A stretch of DNA of 64,000 nucleotides, from assembly GCA_964252035.1 (NCBI GenBank), contig OZ176203.1; one strand, written 5' to 3'. The position numbers and the translations under genes are program-made. Positions 1 through 11,739 of this stretch are shown here, one piece after another. The notes under the pieces are model-generated. The model did no database searches. It saw nothing but the letters and a program-made list of their open reading frames with translations, and had not been told where the DNA came from. The stretch's first letter is position 1. Each line of letters begins with the position of its first letter. Origin of the DNA: Podarcis erhardii. Taxonomy: Eukaryota.

Positions 1-59
1 AGCGGCGCCCAGCCTCGCGCCGCTGGCCGGCAGGATCGAGCAGGACAAGGCCGGCCAAG
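1..59 (+). CDS. ARX: ARX exon 1, 3' end only (truncated by window start)
   Basis: Frame from position 2 reads AAPSLAPLAGRIEQDKAGQ-G, comparable to human [21 protein letters not shown]. Donor CAAG|GTAAGC at 59|60 is phase 1, as in human. Confidence 0.88.
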
Positions 60-1238
60 GTAAGCCCAGCCCAGGGGGGCAGAGGAAAGAGCAAGCGGGC
101 CTGCCAGGCAACTTCGCTTCTCCGGGCAGCTCCAGCGAGCTCCGCGGAAATCCTGCGCCCGGAGAGCGGGCCTAGAGCGCGGAGACCCCCTTGCAAGTGG
201 CGTGGATGGGCGCGTGGGTCTGAGATGCAGGCGACCCACCGCCCAGGCGATCAGGAAGGTTAGGGGGCAGAAACGGACTGGGAGGAACTCCGCTTCCCCG
301 CCACTCTTGGGGTCTCTTTTTTGCCTTGCCTTCCACCACCAGCTGCATCCCAGGCACGCCCGGGTCGCCTTTAGCTTGCTTGGGGAGAAGGGAGGTGGTG
401 CCCCAAATGGGGCTCTCCTCTTATTTTTTTGGAGAGGGTGGGTTGAAGGAAGATAAGTAACGGCGGCAAGTCAGCAGGTCCCTGGCGCGTCTTTTCCGTT
501 GCTGCTTCGGCGGCGCCTTTCCGCTGCCAGGCCTGCTTGGGAGGGCGAATAGCTAGGGCGTCCTTTGGCGGGGCTCCCGGTTGTAAAGAAGTGGGGCTCC
601 GGGTAGAATGTGTTTGGAGGGGACAGAGAAAAAGCGTTTCCCCCCCCCCAACACGCATATATAGAGTTTTAAAATATTTTAAGCCTCTTTCTCTCCGGCC
701 TTCCAATGCATGGGGATCTTCGGGTGCCCGCAGAGCCGCTGGAAATGCTTTTGACGAAGCCGACAGGTGTCAAATTGTCGGCTAGAGGAAGGGGACTTTT
801 AATGAATGCACTTAAAAGAATAGTAATGTTAATAAGTCAACTAGTTGGAATAAAAACTAATGCGGAGAACAGTTAGCTTTTGCTTTCGTCCAGACACAAT
901 CCTCAAATTTATCTCTCCGTACAGTTCCTACAGGGGTGGGTTTTGATAGAGCTTTCTGTGAAGGATGTTGGTCTCGGGACGGGAAAGGGAGACGTCGAGA
1001 GATTCGACCTGGTTTGGCAAAAATAATTGCAGCTGCCCGCCTAGAAAGTTGAAAGCATCTGGGCTAAATGGGGGGGTGTATTTACACCCGGGCCCCCCAC
1101 GCACAGTCTGCCCTTTGCTCCGAGTCCCGGGGCCCGTTTCTAGATGCAGACTGAGGGTCCCCCGGCTGGGCGGCAGCGAAACGTGCCCGGCCAGGTCGGT
1201 GATGGGTGCGTGTCTGTCTGTGTTCGTCTCCCCGGCAG

Positions 1239-1944
1239 GACCGGCCAAGGGCAGCCCCGGGGGCTTCGAGGCTGCCGAGCTGCACCTGCCGCCCAAGCTG
1301 CGCCGCCTCTACGGGCCCGGCGGGGGCCGGCTGCTGGCGAGGGCCGAGCGGGTAGAGGCGGGCGCCTCGTCCTGGGACTCGCTCAAGATCAGCCAGGCGC
1401 CGCAGGTCAGCATCAGCCGCAGCAAGTCGTACCGGGAAAACGCGCCCTTCCCGCGGGCCGCTGCCGCCCTCGACGAGCTGTCCAGCGGAGGAGGAGGAGG
1501 AGGAGGCGGCGGCCTCGACGGCAGGCCCGGCCGAGACGACGAGTTGCTGGACGACGAGGACGACGAGGATGACGACGACGACGACGAGGAAGAGGCCGAG
1601 GAGCTGGACGAGGAGCTGGAGGACGACGAGGAGCTGCTGGCCGAGGCCAAGGAGGCCCGGCGGGCCGCTGGGGGCCCCGTCGGCGTTGTCGGGGGACCTG
1701 GCGCGGCGCCGGGGACGGAGGGCGCCGACGGCTGCTCTCCCAAGGAGGAGCTGCTGCTGCCCGTCGACGAGCTGGTGGAGGGCAAGGACGGCGAGGACAG
1801 CGTGTGCCTGTCGGCCGGCAGCGACTCCGAGGAGGGGCTGCTCAAGAGGAAGCAGCGCCGCTACCGCACCACCTTCACCAGCTACCAGCTGGAGGAGCTC
1901 GAGAGGGCCTTCCAGAAGACGCACTACCCGGACGTCTTCACCAG
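1239..1944 (+). CDS. ARX: ARX exon 2 (N-terminal region, acidic tract, start of homeodomain)
   Basis: Acceptor CTCCCCGGCAG|GA at 1238|1239 (phase 1). Encodes [41 protein letters not shown] and [55 protein letters not shown]. Donor AG|GTAGGT at 1944|1945. Confidence 0.97.
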
Positions 1945-4844
1945 GTAGGTGGCGAGGCGGTTGGGGAGGGGAGGGGGCAGCTGCCCAGCTTGGGGGTTCC
2001 GCGTGTCCCCAGGGCGCAAAGCGAGGTCAGCTGGTGCGGCTCCCCTGGCCACTCTTCGCTCAAGTTAGACGGGGCTGGAAGGAGACAATCAGTATAAACT
2101 CTTAAGATTAAAATCGACGGAGGGGTGTCTACGGGCAGAATCGGAAGCCTTGGGACTTGGGGATAAATGTACACGGCAAGAAGAAAAAGTGCGCGCGCCT
2201 GGGGATAACTTGGGAAGCTGTGAAACTGACGGAGTGGGATATGTTGGGAAATTCCCTTCTCCCCCCGTTGTGTCCCAGGGCTTTATTCAATCCACTCCGC
2301 GTCCAGAAGAAAGTCATTCTTTTTTTGAGGTTCCCTCTCCTCAGAAGTCCAGACACCCCATCCTTAGGATAGGAGGCGAGAGGGGCTTGTGTGGCTCAGC
2401 CCGAGTTCGCCGGCAAAGGACAGGTTAGAGGTGGGTTTTGGCCGCGTCTTTGTCAAACCCTCTCCGGGGTCTATTTTTGCCTTGATCCTCTGGCTAGTCT
2501 GTCGGGTATCAGTTTCAGCGCTCTCGGTGGAAGCTGGAGCGCTGCCCTGCCGCAGGGAAGCCCCGTGCGTATATATAGATAGATATAGTTTTGAAAAGAT
2601 CAAAGTATTCCGCTTGAGAGGGCTAAAAATATGGGACGAGAATGGCAGCTTGCTTGGAAAGCTTTGGCAGAAGCCCCAAGCGCCCTAAGCGTCCGCCCGC
2701 CGGTTCAGGACGTTTCTGGGCACCGTCCAGAAAGAAAAAAGAAAAAGATTTTTTTTAAAAAGGGGGAGGGAATCCGGAGGGAGAAAGTCATTCTGATCCA
2801 TTGCCTTGGCCTTGAGGTCTGCTCCTTACAGGGGTTTGAAGCAGAAGCCTAACCGGGCACGCTTACTTTGAAAGGAACCGGGCTGTTCGTCTTCCCCTGA
2901 AGCGCTGTATCAGACGTGTATCAGTTTGATCCGAATTAAAGCGGTGTCAAGTTGCATTTGCGCTTTCAAGGGGGAAATCCCTGCCTCCCGTTAACTAGAA
3001 TCTGCTTGGGAGACGAACTTAATTGCAGTGAAAATGACAATAATGCAAATCCCCATTTTGTTTGCAAGTCTGTGCCTAAGTGGTTTGGTGGGTTTTTAAT
3101 TTTTAAATCACTCGGTATCAGATCCTTTCCTTTCCTTTGGATTCCCCCGTACTCCTAAAATGCTCCCATTTGCAATCCGGAGAAAAGGAGCGGAGAGCAT
3201 AACGCTATTAACGGGGTTACGCTCTCAATAAGTAGGCGAATTTCGTTTTGAGCTGCAAAGCCTCTTCTGCGAGGAATTCCTTTTACTGCATCCGGATCCG
3301 AGAAGGGTCGCTTTCAGCAATATTTGTAGCAAAGGTTTTGCTATTTACCAAGAGGAAAGGAATTACTGATCCTCAGAATAAAGAGATTCGTTTTGGCTTC
3401 TTATTAAGAGCGACCCTAATTCCCTTCCATATTCTACCCCTCCTTGGGGCTGCAATCCGGTTCCCATTTTAACAGAGTAGCCCACTGAAGTCGGTGGGAT
3501 TTACTTCCGAGGAGACCCACGTAACTCAGTTTATTGCACTGTTAAAGTCGTTAGCCAAGGCTCGCCTCACCTCTAATATGGGGGGTGGGGAAGAGTATTT
3601 CCGTAGAAATGGGATGGGAAGCAGCGTTTATTTCTTGGCACATTTGCTGGAATCTCCTTCGGAGCCAGCGGGCGTAAGACGCAGCTTCGCCGGCGTGGCA
3701 CAGGAAATCACCGGGATCCCCTTGCTTAGGAAACGGAACTGCCGGCTTGAGCGAAAGCTGCTGCCTTGCTTTGCCTCGCAGCCACTCAAGGCAACGGCCT
3801 GCCTAGGCAGCGCCCTTCCTCTGGAAGCCCGAGCGGCGTATGCTCCGATTTCGCTCGGAAAGGTCTTTGCAGTGGAATGTGCCGGCTGAGGCTGGAGAGG
3901 TTTAGCCAGGCCGCTCCTCCCATGGCGCACATCGGGGCAGAGAGGCTTTGGGGCGGCCATCTCTGTGAGGAGCCAGACCCTCGGGCTGGAGATCTTTTTT
4001 TTAAAAAAAGAAATAGTTGGCAGTCTGGAGGAGCTGGGCAAGGGCGAGCTGGTTCTTCCGCTCCAGCCCGGCCAGGCTCCCTCTCTGGCCAGCGCGGCGC
4101 TTTTCTTCCTAACGGAGGGAGAGCCAATTATCCCGGGAGCTCTCATATTCGAGGTAAACAGATTATAAGCAGTTTTCTAACATAGTAATGGTTTCCGATT
4201 TGCCTTAATTGTTGCAATAATAATCGCAATGAAGGGCTCGCGTTGCAGCTCAAAGGATCTCCTCTGTGCCGCGGCGCGGCGTTTGGAGGGGGAGCCTTGC
4301 TCCGGCGCGCGGGGCTGCGGGCCTTGGCCGGGGTCGCGGCCCTTCCCAGCAGACTGTCAAAGCCCCTGCTCGCAAGTTTTCCTCTTTTCACTTCCTCCAA
4401 ACATTGTCCCCTTCGTAACAACAACGGGAGGAAAGGTATTTTTTTTGGGGGGGGGGAGGGACACGCAGATCAAAACAAGAAACTTGGGAGGTGTTTTTTT
4501 TTTCTAGTCTGCTTTGTGCACCCGATTTCAAGCTAGCCTTCTCAGGATGTGGAGAGTGAAACGCTTCCTGGTTTGGGATATTAATTTTTTTGCGGGGAGT
4601 GGGGGTATTGGGGGCATTCCGGGGCGATCCAGCGTCAGTGCCAGTAGGAACTGGAGCGAAGGGTAGGAAACTGGCCTTGTTTGGGACTTTGCATGTGGAT
4701 GGCTCTCCCCTATATGGGCAAAGAAGGAAGGAGGAGTAGTAGCCTTCACCAAGGCGGTGAGCCGCGGGACCCTTTCTTTCCCGCTACCCCGCTTCACAGG
4801 GCCTCACCTGAGCGTGTGTCTTGTTGTGCTTGTTTCCCTCCCAG

Positions 4845-4890
4845 GGAGGAGCTGGCGATGCGCCTGGATCTGACCGAAGCCAGAGTGCAG
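4845..4890 (+). CDS. ARX: ARX exon 3 (46 nt, homeodomain)
   Basis: TTTCCCTCCCAG|G GAG GAG CTG GCG ATG CGC CTG GAT CTG ACC GAA GCC AGA GTG CAG|GTGAGT = (R)EELAMRLDLTEARVQ. Same length as human exon 3. Confidence 0.98.
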
Positions 4891-5229
4891 GTGAGTCCAG
4901 GGGCAGCTGCGATGGGGACTGGGAGCGCTCTCTCGGCGGGCTTGGGGTCCCCGCAGGTGGGGAGGGAGAGGAAATATTGTTTAAGACCCTTGAACCCAAA
5001 CAGGCGCTCGCTCCTTCTCTCCTCCCCCACACCCCCAAATTAAGACCAAACGCTGGGTGATGGGTGCCAGTCTGCCCTTTCCCTCGTTGAAACCAGTTAA
5101 TTTCGTTCCGGCTCTGTACGGGGGGGAGCAAGCCCCCAGCAGCTTTCCTTCTGCCCCCTTTCCACCCCCACCCCGATGAAAGAACTAGCTGTGGTTGTCA
5201 GCCCAACGCAGCGAGAAGTAGGTATTTGC

Positions 5230-5900
5230 CTGCGCTCTCAAATGGCCCATCGGGCCTCCATCAAAGGGCACTTTGGCGCTCGAGCAAACAGGGAGGGGCT
5301 GTTTGGTTTCCTCTCCGCTTGGCCCGAAGAGAGTCAGCTAATGCTATTTGATTTCCTCGATTTTGTTTTTGGCTCGACGGTGCAATGCTATTAGAAGGTG
5401 TTTGCTCCCCCACCCCGAGCCTGGAGGCTACGCAGCGCGGAGAGCCAGGCGCTCCACTCGTCCCTCTTCGGCCAACCCCCCGACAGATGGCGGCGGCCTT
5501 TTGCCTCCGCGCAAATCACTTTACACTGAAAGTCAGGCGCGGCGAAAGCATCATAAATTCCATATGGCTCATTTAATACACAACAGCTTCTCGCATTAGA
5601 GGGGCTAATGAAGAGCCCGGTCCCCTCCTTTCTGTTGACACATTTCTCCATTGTCAAACAGAGATGTGACAGCAAATCAGGATTTTCAGCTCAGGGGAAT
5701 GAGTCGTGGGAAAGTTAAATAACTAAGAGAGAGACAGAGACAACCCCCCTTTTCTTTCTCGCCCTCCCTTCCCTCCCTATTCAGTGGAGAAGATGTAATT
5801 AAGGGGAATATGAATTATTAGAGCCCCTCGGTTTACCTTTGGGTGTACTCAAACTTATTAATTCAATAAGAGAGGGGGAATTTGCAGTGGGGCCAAGTTG
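5230..5900. promoter_or_regulatory. Candidate conserved enhancer in ARX intron 3
   Basis: Non-repetitive and motif-dense: ATCAAAG 5260, CTCF-like CCGACAGATGGCGG 5480-5493, TAAT/ATTA and TGTCA/TGACA sites at 5540-5680. Confidence 0.5.
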
Positions 5901-6125
5901 CTAATTGAGTTGGAAACGGAAAAGACGCGCCGAGACGCCACGTTTGCCGTTGCCTTGAGCCGCAGTTCCTAGGCTGGCTGCGCTGGGACCTTCCTATAGG
6001 CGAGTGGAGCAACACAAACGAGAAGATGGTCCCGGTCTCCCTGCCCCCTCCCCCCCCCGAATATGTGGCTCTCTTTCTCATTTTCCCCAACCTATTTCCA
6101 AATAATTGCCTCCTATGGAAGCCGA

Positions 6126-6217
6126 GGCTGCAATCCTATTATATATCCTCACATGGGGAGTAAATCCCATTGAACTCGGTGAGATTTACTTCTGAGCATA
6201 CACCTATGGGGTTGCAA
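6126..6217. mobile_element. Short palindromic squamate repeat (GGCTGCAATCC...TTGCA), degenerate
   Basis: Self-complementary element of about 90 bp with core AAATCCCATTGAACTCGGTGAGATTT. Related fragments near 3447-3530, 13245-13290, 17450-17510 and 24005-24080. Confidence 0.5.
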
Positions 6218-7610
6218 TTGTCAATCTGTTTAGATTTTAGAAAGTAGCCCTCCCGTTTTTATTCCTTTCCAAATTTGGAGAGGGATATATTTTCGGTAGT
6301 ATTTCAGCGCTTTGGCTCCAAAACTGGAGAAATATGTCGATGGCTGATATGACTATATAGAGAACCCCTCCCTGTTTTTATTAATAACTAGGAAAGGGGA
6401 GGGAAGCTTGTTTATTGCTGCCCCTTTTGCTTTTCATCTCCCCCCGCTGAAAAGACCCGAGCTCTTTGCAAAATGTGAGCGTTCTCCCCGAGAACGGCTC
6501 TGGTGGCGGCTCTGAGTGTGGGTGGCTGCGGAGATGGCGTAATAACCACAATAATAATAATGAAAAATAATTTGCACGGACTGGGAAATTAGCGTTAGAG
6601 CCTTTTAAGTGCCGCTAAGAAGGCATGGGTTTAAAATTGTCATAAAAGAAAACATGATGTTTAGCGTGTGTGGCTGGCGAAAACATTCAACTGTCTGTCA
6701 AACAGTGGAGTTGAGAAAAGGCGGGGTGTGTAGGGGGGGAGAACCCGCTGAAAAGGCTGTATACGTGGAAGCTTTTGAAGAAAATAGGAGAACATTAGGC
6801 GAGGTTGCTTGAATGCAGTCGCATTGGTTGTATTATGTATTATGAAGGAGCGTCTTGCAGAAAGGCAGCCGCTTAAGAAGGAGCTGTTGCGTGTGTTTCT
6901 ACCTGTAGCCCAGGAAGCCCAGCCAAGTCAGAGCCTGCTCAAGCTGATGGATCACTCCCGTTAAGAATAAATAGATCTATATTAAGCCTGCCTTGGCCAG
7001 GCCAAGGGCTGGATCCACTTTAAGGTCACCACCAGAGAAACAAGATGCGTTTAATTATTGTCTTTATTTCCAATAGGGCACCATCTATTTGCATGGCGCT
7101 TTTACAGATTCCCAGGGACGCGGGGCGGGGGAGAGAGGCAGGTCTCTGCCAGCGAGGAGCTTGGCGTCTAAATTTCTACCGTGAGGGGGACACTAAGGAA
7201 GACACGGAGAAAACTGATTTGTGATGTCACTGTCACGTAGTTCTGTCCCATTTTGGGTCTGCATGCTCAGCAGTGAAACTTCCCACCCCTCTGCCCAAGC
7301 CATTTGCTTCGACATTCTCGCCCACCGATCTGGCAGGCACGAAAGGCATGGAGGAAAGGCAAAATGGGGTCTGGGCGCAGAGAGGTGGGCGCTCTTTTGC
7401 CAAGCCAGAAGCCCTTGCTTCCCTTTCTCCTTGGTTCCCTTTCCTCTAGGGGCCTCTCCCTGGGCAGGAGCGCTGGGTAGTTTCAGACAATGACTGCCCC
7501 AGAACCGCCACGGAGGCCCGAAGATGTGCGCTGCGCTTAGGCCCAGGTCCCCCGACGGCCTTGGCGCCGAAGCGAGCGCTGGGCCTTCCCGGAGGAGGGG
7601 GAAGAGGAGG

Positions 7611-7631
7611 CGTCGTCGTCGTCGTCGTCGT
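7611..7631. repeat. (CGT)7 microsatellite
   Basis: Seven perfect CGT units read directly. Confidence 0.95.
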
Positions 7632-7663
7632 CTCGGGGCTGCCGAGGAGCCGCGCTTGACTAA

Positions 7664-8050
<387 letters not shown>

Positions 8051-8699
8051 TAAACTTGAAGCAGGCGCGGCCTAAACCTCCTTCTTCCCCCCCCCCCCAC
8101 GCTGTCAACTAGAAGACCGTTACCGACGCGCGCACGTGCCGCGGCGGCGCTTCCTCCCGAGTACGCATGCGTAAGGCACGCTTCGGTGTCGAAGTGGGCG
8201 GGGCCTCAAGGGAATCCTGAGGGTGGGAATGGCGAAGGCAAGTCTTGGCCTGCCTGGTATTATATAGATTTGGGCGCGGGTTGTGCGCTGAGGGCCTCGC
8301 GCGTGAAGGTGCAGCGGTGCTTCTGAAGGCATGGGAAGGGAGAGTGGCTCTGTCTCCCACAGGACTAGATCATGGGCCATTCATTGGCCTCATCCAGCAA
8401 GCTCTGTCTGGCCATTTTCTAGACCTGGCGCAGGAGTGGTGGAACTTTTTCTGCTTCAAAACTTCAAGGGACCTGAGACGCTTCCTGCTCAAACCTTCAG
8501 AAGTTCCTTTCAGGGTTCGCTGGGCCTAACTCCCGCACTTATGGGCTTGGTGGCGCTGGAGAGGTTCCCTCCTTGTGCTGACAAGAATGACCTAGATGTC
8601 CATGCCTGGACAGGATGCAATAGTTCAGTCGCTTTGCTTCTGGGTTGCAAGTATAGCTCCCCAGTCTTTAGAATATGGAATTCGTATGAGTTGGGAATA

Positions 8700-8726
8700 A
8701 TGATGATGATGATGATGATGATGATG
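8700..8726. repeat. (ATG)9 microsatellite
   Basis: Read directly; it explains the poly-Met and poly-Ile pseudo-ORFs. Confidence 0.95.
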
Positions 8727-11352
8727 TGTGCAAAGCTCATGGTACCCTCCTGTTCCCTAAATGGATAGAGATAACTTTAAAGGAAAAGGCCAGTCACTGG
8801 CATTTGCATTTAGACCATGATCTTAAGCTCACTGGCTGGAAGGTACTCCTAAGATTTTCTTCTAGCTAGATGGCTTGGCCACATAATATTATTTAGGTGA
8901 TTGGATGACAGTCCGTTTATTAGAATAATCTTAACTTTTAAAATGGTCTACGTGCGTTTTAACACATTCATTTTACCTTTCATCTTTGTTGATATTTGAT
9001 CCCACACTAAATAGTCACAGAAAAGCATAAAATGAAATCGAGAAAGGGGTTTAAAAAATGAATAAAGACAACTTAAATCCACTGAAAAGTCACAGCAGTG
9101 CTGTCTAGTTTACACCTAAACGGAAAACCAGGCTTGTTAGTCAAGGATAAAATAAAATAAGTGATACTGCAGCTACCTTTCTCTAAACAATAACCAAACA
9201 ATTAATTTAAAGAAGTCAATAGGTAATTATAAAGTGACAAAAAAGCATTGTCGGGATTTATGGAAGCCGGAGAGAGGTTGAAAATGGAAGGGCAAAAGAA
9301 CTGCAGTGATGTCTCTACTGATGAGAACAAAGAAGAGATAGATTCATCGCAGGCGAGACGCCACTTAACACAATTATGTGTTGGAGGAGGGTTGGGGAAA
9401 ATCCAAGTAAAATTTAGTTTTGTGTCGTGGGGGAACGCGAGAGCCGCCCAGCTACAACGAAAGCGTTTCTGCCTTTCCCCTAAGCCCCCGAGTGACTCAG
9501 TTTCCCTCAAGGCAGACAGGCGGCTACGGGGTTGTCACGCCCCCTACTTGCCGCCGTGATTCTACACTTGGAGCGCTTCTCTCTGGCTGCATCAGCCGGA
9601 GCCCTTGCGCTACCTCCCCTTGCGCCCCCCATCAGATTGAAAAATGAGTTGTAAAATGCTTACTAAACTGCCTGGCTAATAGGCTGTGCGATCAAAATAG
9701 GCAGGCGACGAAAAAAGAGAGCGAGGAAGTAGTGAAGGGAGCAGAAGAGGAAAGCAGAGACTTTCCTCCTCGCGCTTCCATCTTGCTCTTAAAATGCGAA
9801 GTTTTTAGGAAAGCTTTTCGCCTTCCATAGAAACTGCCTTCTGAAAAGCCAAGCCACTGTGCATATAGGGTTCCCCGTTTTGCTATTTGTGTTTTTTTAA
9901 AAGAAAAACACCCTCGGAAATCGTAGCCTATAAGAGAGCAGCAAGATGCAGACCGTCCCACTTCAGGGCTGAGCTGCGCGAAGAATTTCAGGAGCAGAGA
10001 GTCGGGGAACCCCCCCTCCCCGCGCCCAAGTAATCCTCCCCAAGGCCCTCCCCGCGCCAGCCAGCCAGCCAGCCAGCCAGCCCGCAGTCCGGGAGCTTAG
10101 GAGGCTCCGGGCTTAGTATGTAGCCCCTGTTGCCTTCCAGGCCCACAGTTCAGTTCCTAGCCGTGATGATGTCAATAATCACCTCCTTGGTTAATGGAGA
10201 GTCTGTATATCTCGACGTGCCAGTCAAGGGGGTCAGTTGCTCTCTTCAGAGCGGCTGCTCCGGGGAGAGGTAAGGAAGGAAAACTAGAGGGGAAGGCATT
10301 TCCAAGATTGTGTCATTGAGCCGGGATGCTAGGGTTGCCGGAGAATAATTGGCATTCCACTGTGCGGAAATCCACAGGGACGGCGCGCCCTGCTGGGCGT
10401 GGGCATCCGCCCCGCGAAGGAGCCGAGCGGCAGACACCGCTTCGGGCATCCAGGACCTCTAATAAGGCGGGCCGAGGAAAGTATAGACATCGGAAGGGCA
10501 AGGGGAGGGGCGCCCGAGAAGCGAACGCGAAGGACAAGGGGAAAGAGCCCGCGGAGGCAGCGGAAAGAACCACCGCTGTAGCTTGGGGAAGATGGAAGTG
10601 GCGGGAGAGGAGAGGGAAAAGTCTCGATTGTTACTACTATTTATTATTAGCAATAGTTTTTTAAAAAATATTATTCTCTCTGATCACAGTATAAGTCGCA
10701 GGCTCAAGCGTCGCCTGCCAGCGAGCTCCTGTCACTAGCAAATGGGAGAGGATTAGGCGCCTTACAGACAATCTCGTTGACTGGGCGTTTCTCTTCCAAC
10801 CCCGCCTGGCTTATGCTGCCCCGAGAAGGGCCGCGAGTAGGAACCGGCCAGACCTTAAGCTTGGAAAACCCAGGATTCGAATCGAGGCCCGGGAGGGAAC
10901 AGAGGCGGGACCTTGTTTTGCACACCGCCCCGGGATCCAGACAGGGTGAAGGGCGGTATAAAAGCACTGATCAAATACATAAAGAGCATGCGGCTGTTGC
11001 CCGGGTCGGGATTGGCCGCTCTTTCACTCGCAGCCCTCTAATTCTGGGGTAGCCAACTTGACGCTCCCCATAAAGTTGTGGAACGACAAAGCCCAGGAGC
11101 CCCCCGGCAACGGCTCAGTAGTAGTGGGAATTGTAGTCTCAACTGTATGCGGAGGGTCGCGGGTTGGGCTTTCTCCGCCTTAAATTGTATAAGCGGAGGT
11201 TGAGAGTCCTCCGGAGGCCTGTTTCCTTGCCTTTGAAAGTGGGTTTGCCCTTGAATGGACTACAACGCCCATGAGCCACACTCCCTGGGCCTGATGGGAG
11301 CTGGAGTCCAGCAGCCCCCCGGCCTGTTTTAAAAGTAGCCTGAGGCGGATGA

Positions 11353-11739
<387 letters not shown>

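Larger units (their letters stand above)
1..2100. promoter_or_regulatory. CpG island over ARX exons 1-2 (further CpG-rich patches through the gene body)
   Basis: Very high GC and CG density by eye. Similar patches at about 3.7-4.4, 5.2-6.0, 7.5-8.3 and 10.0-12.1 kb. Confidence 0.75.

Noticed and set aside
965-1238. N-terminal part of the 327-aa ORF 965-1948
   Set aside because: Open intron 1 sequence upstream of the exon 2 acceptor; the true N-terminus comes from exon 1.
1082-2105. Long antisense and alternate-frame ORFs over exon 2 (280, 178, 178 and 142 aa)
   Set aside because: Shadow ORFs of a very GC-rich coding exon; low complexity and no independent domain.
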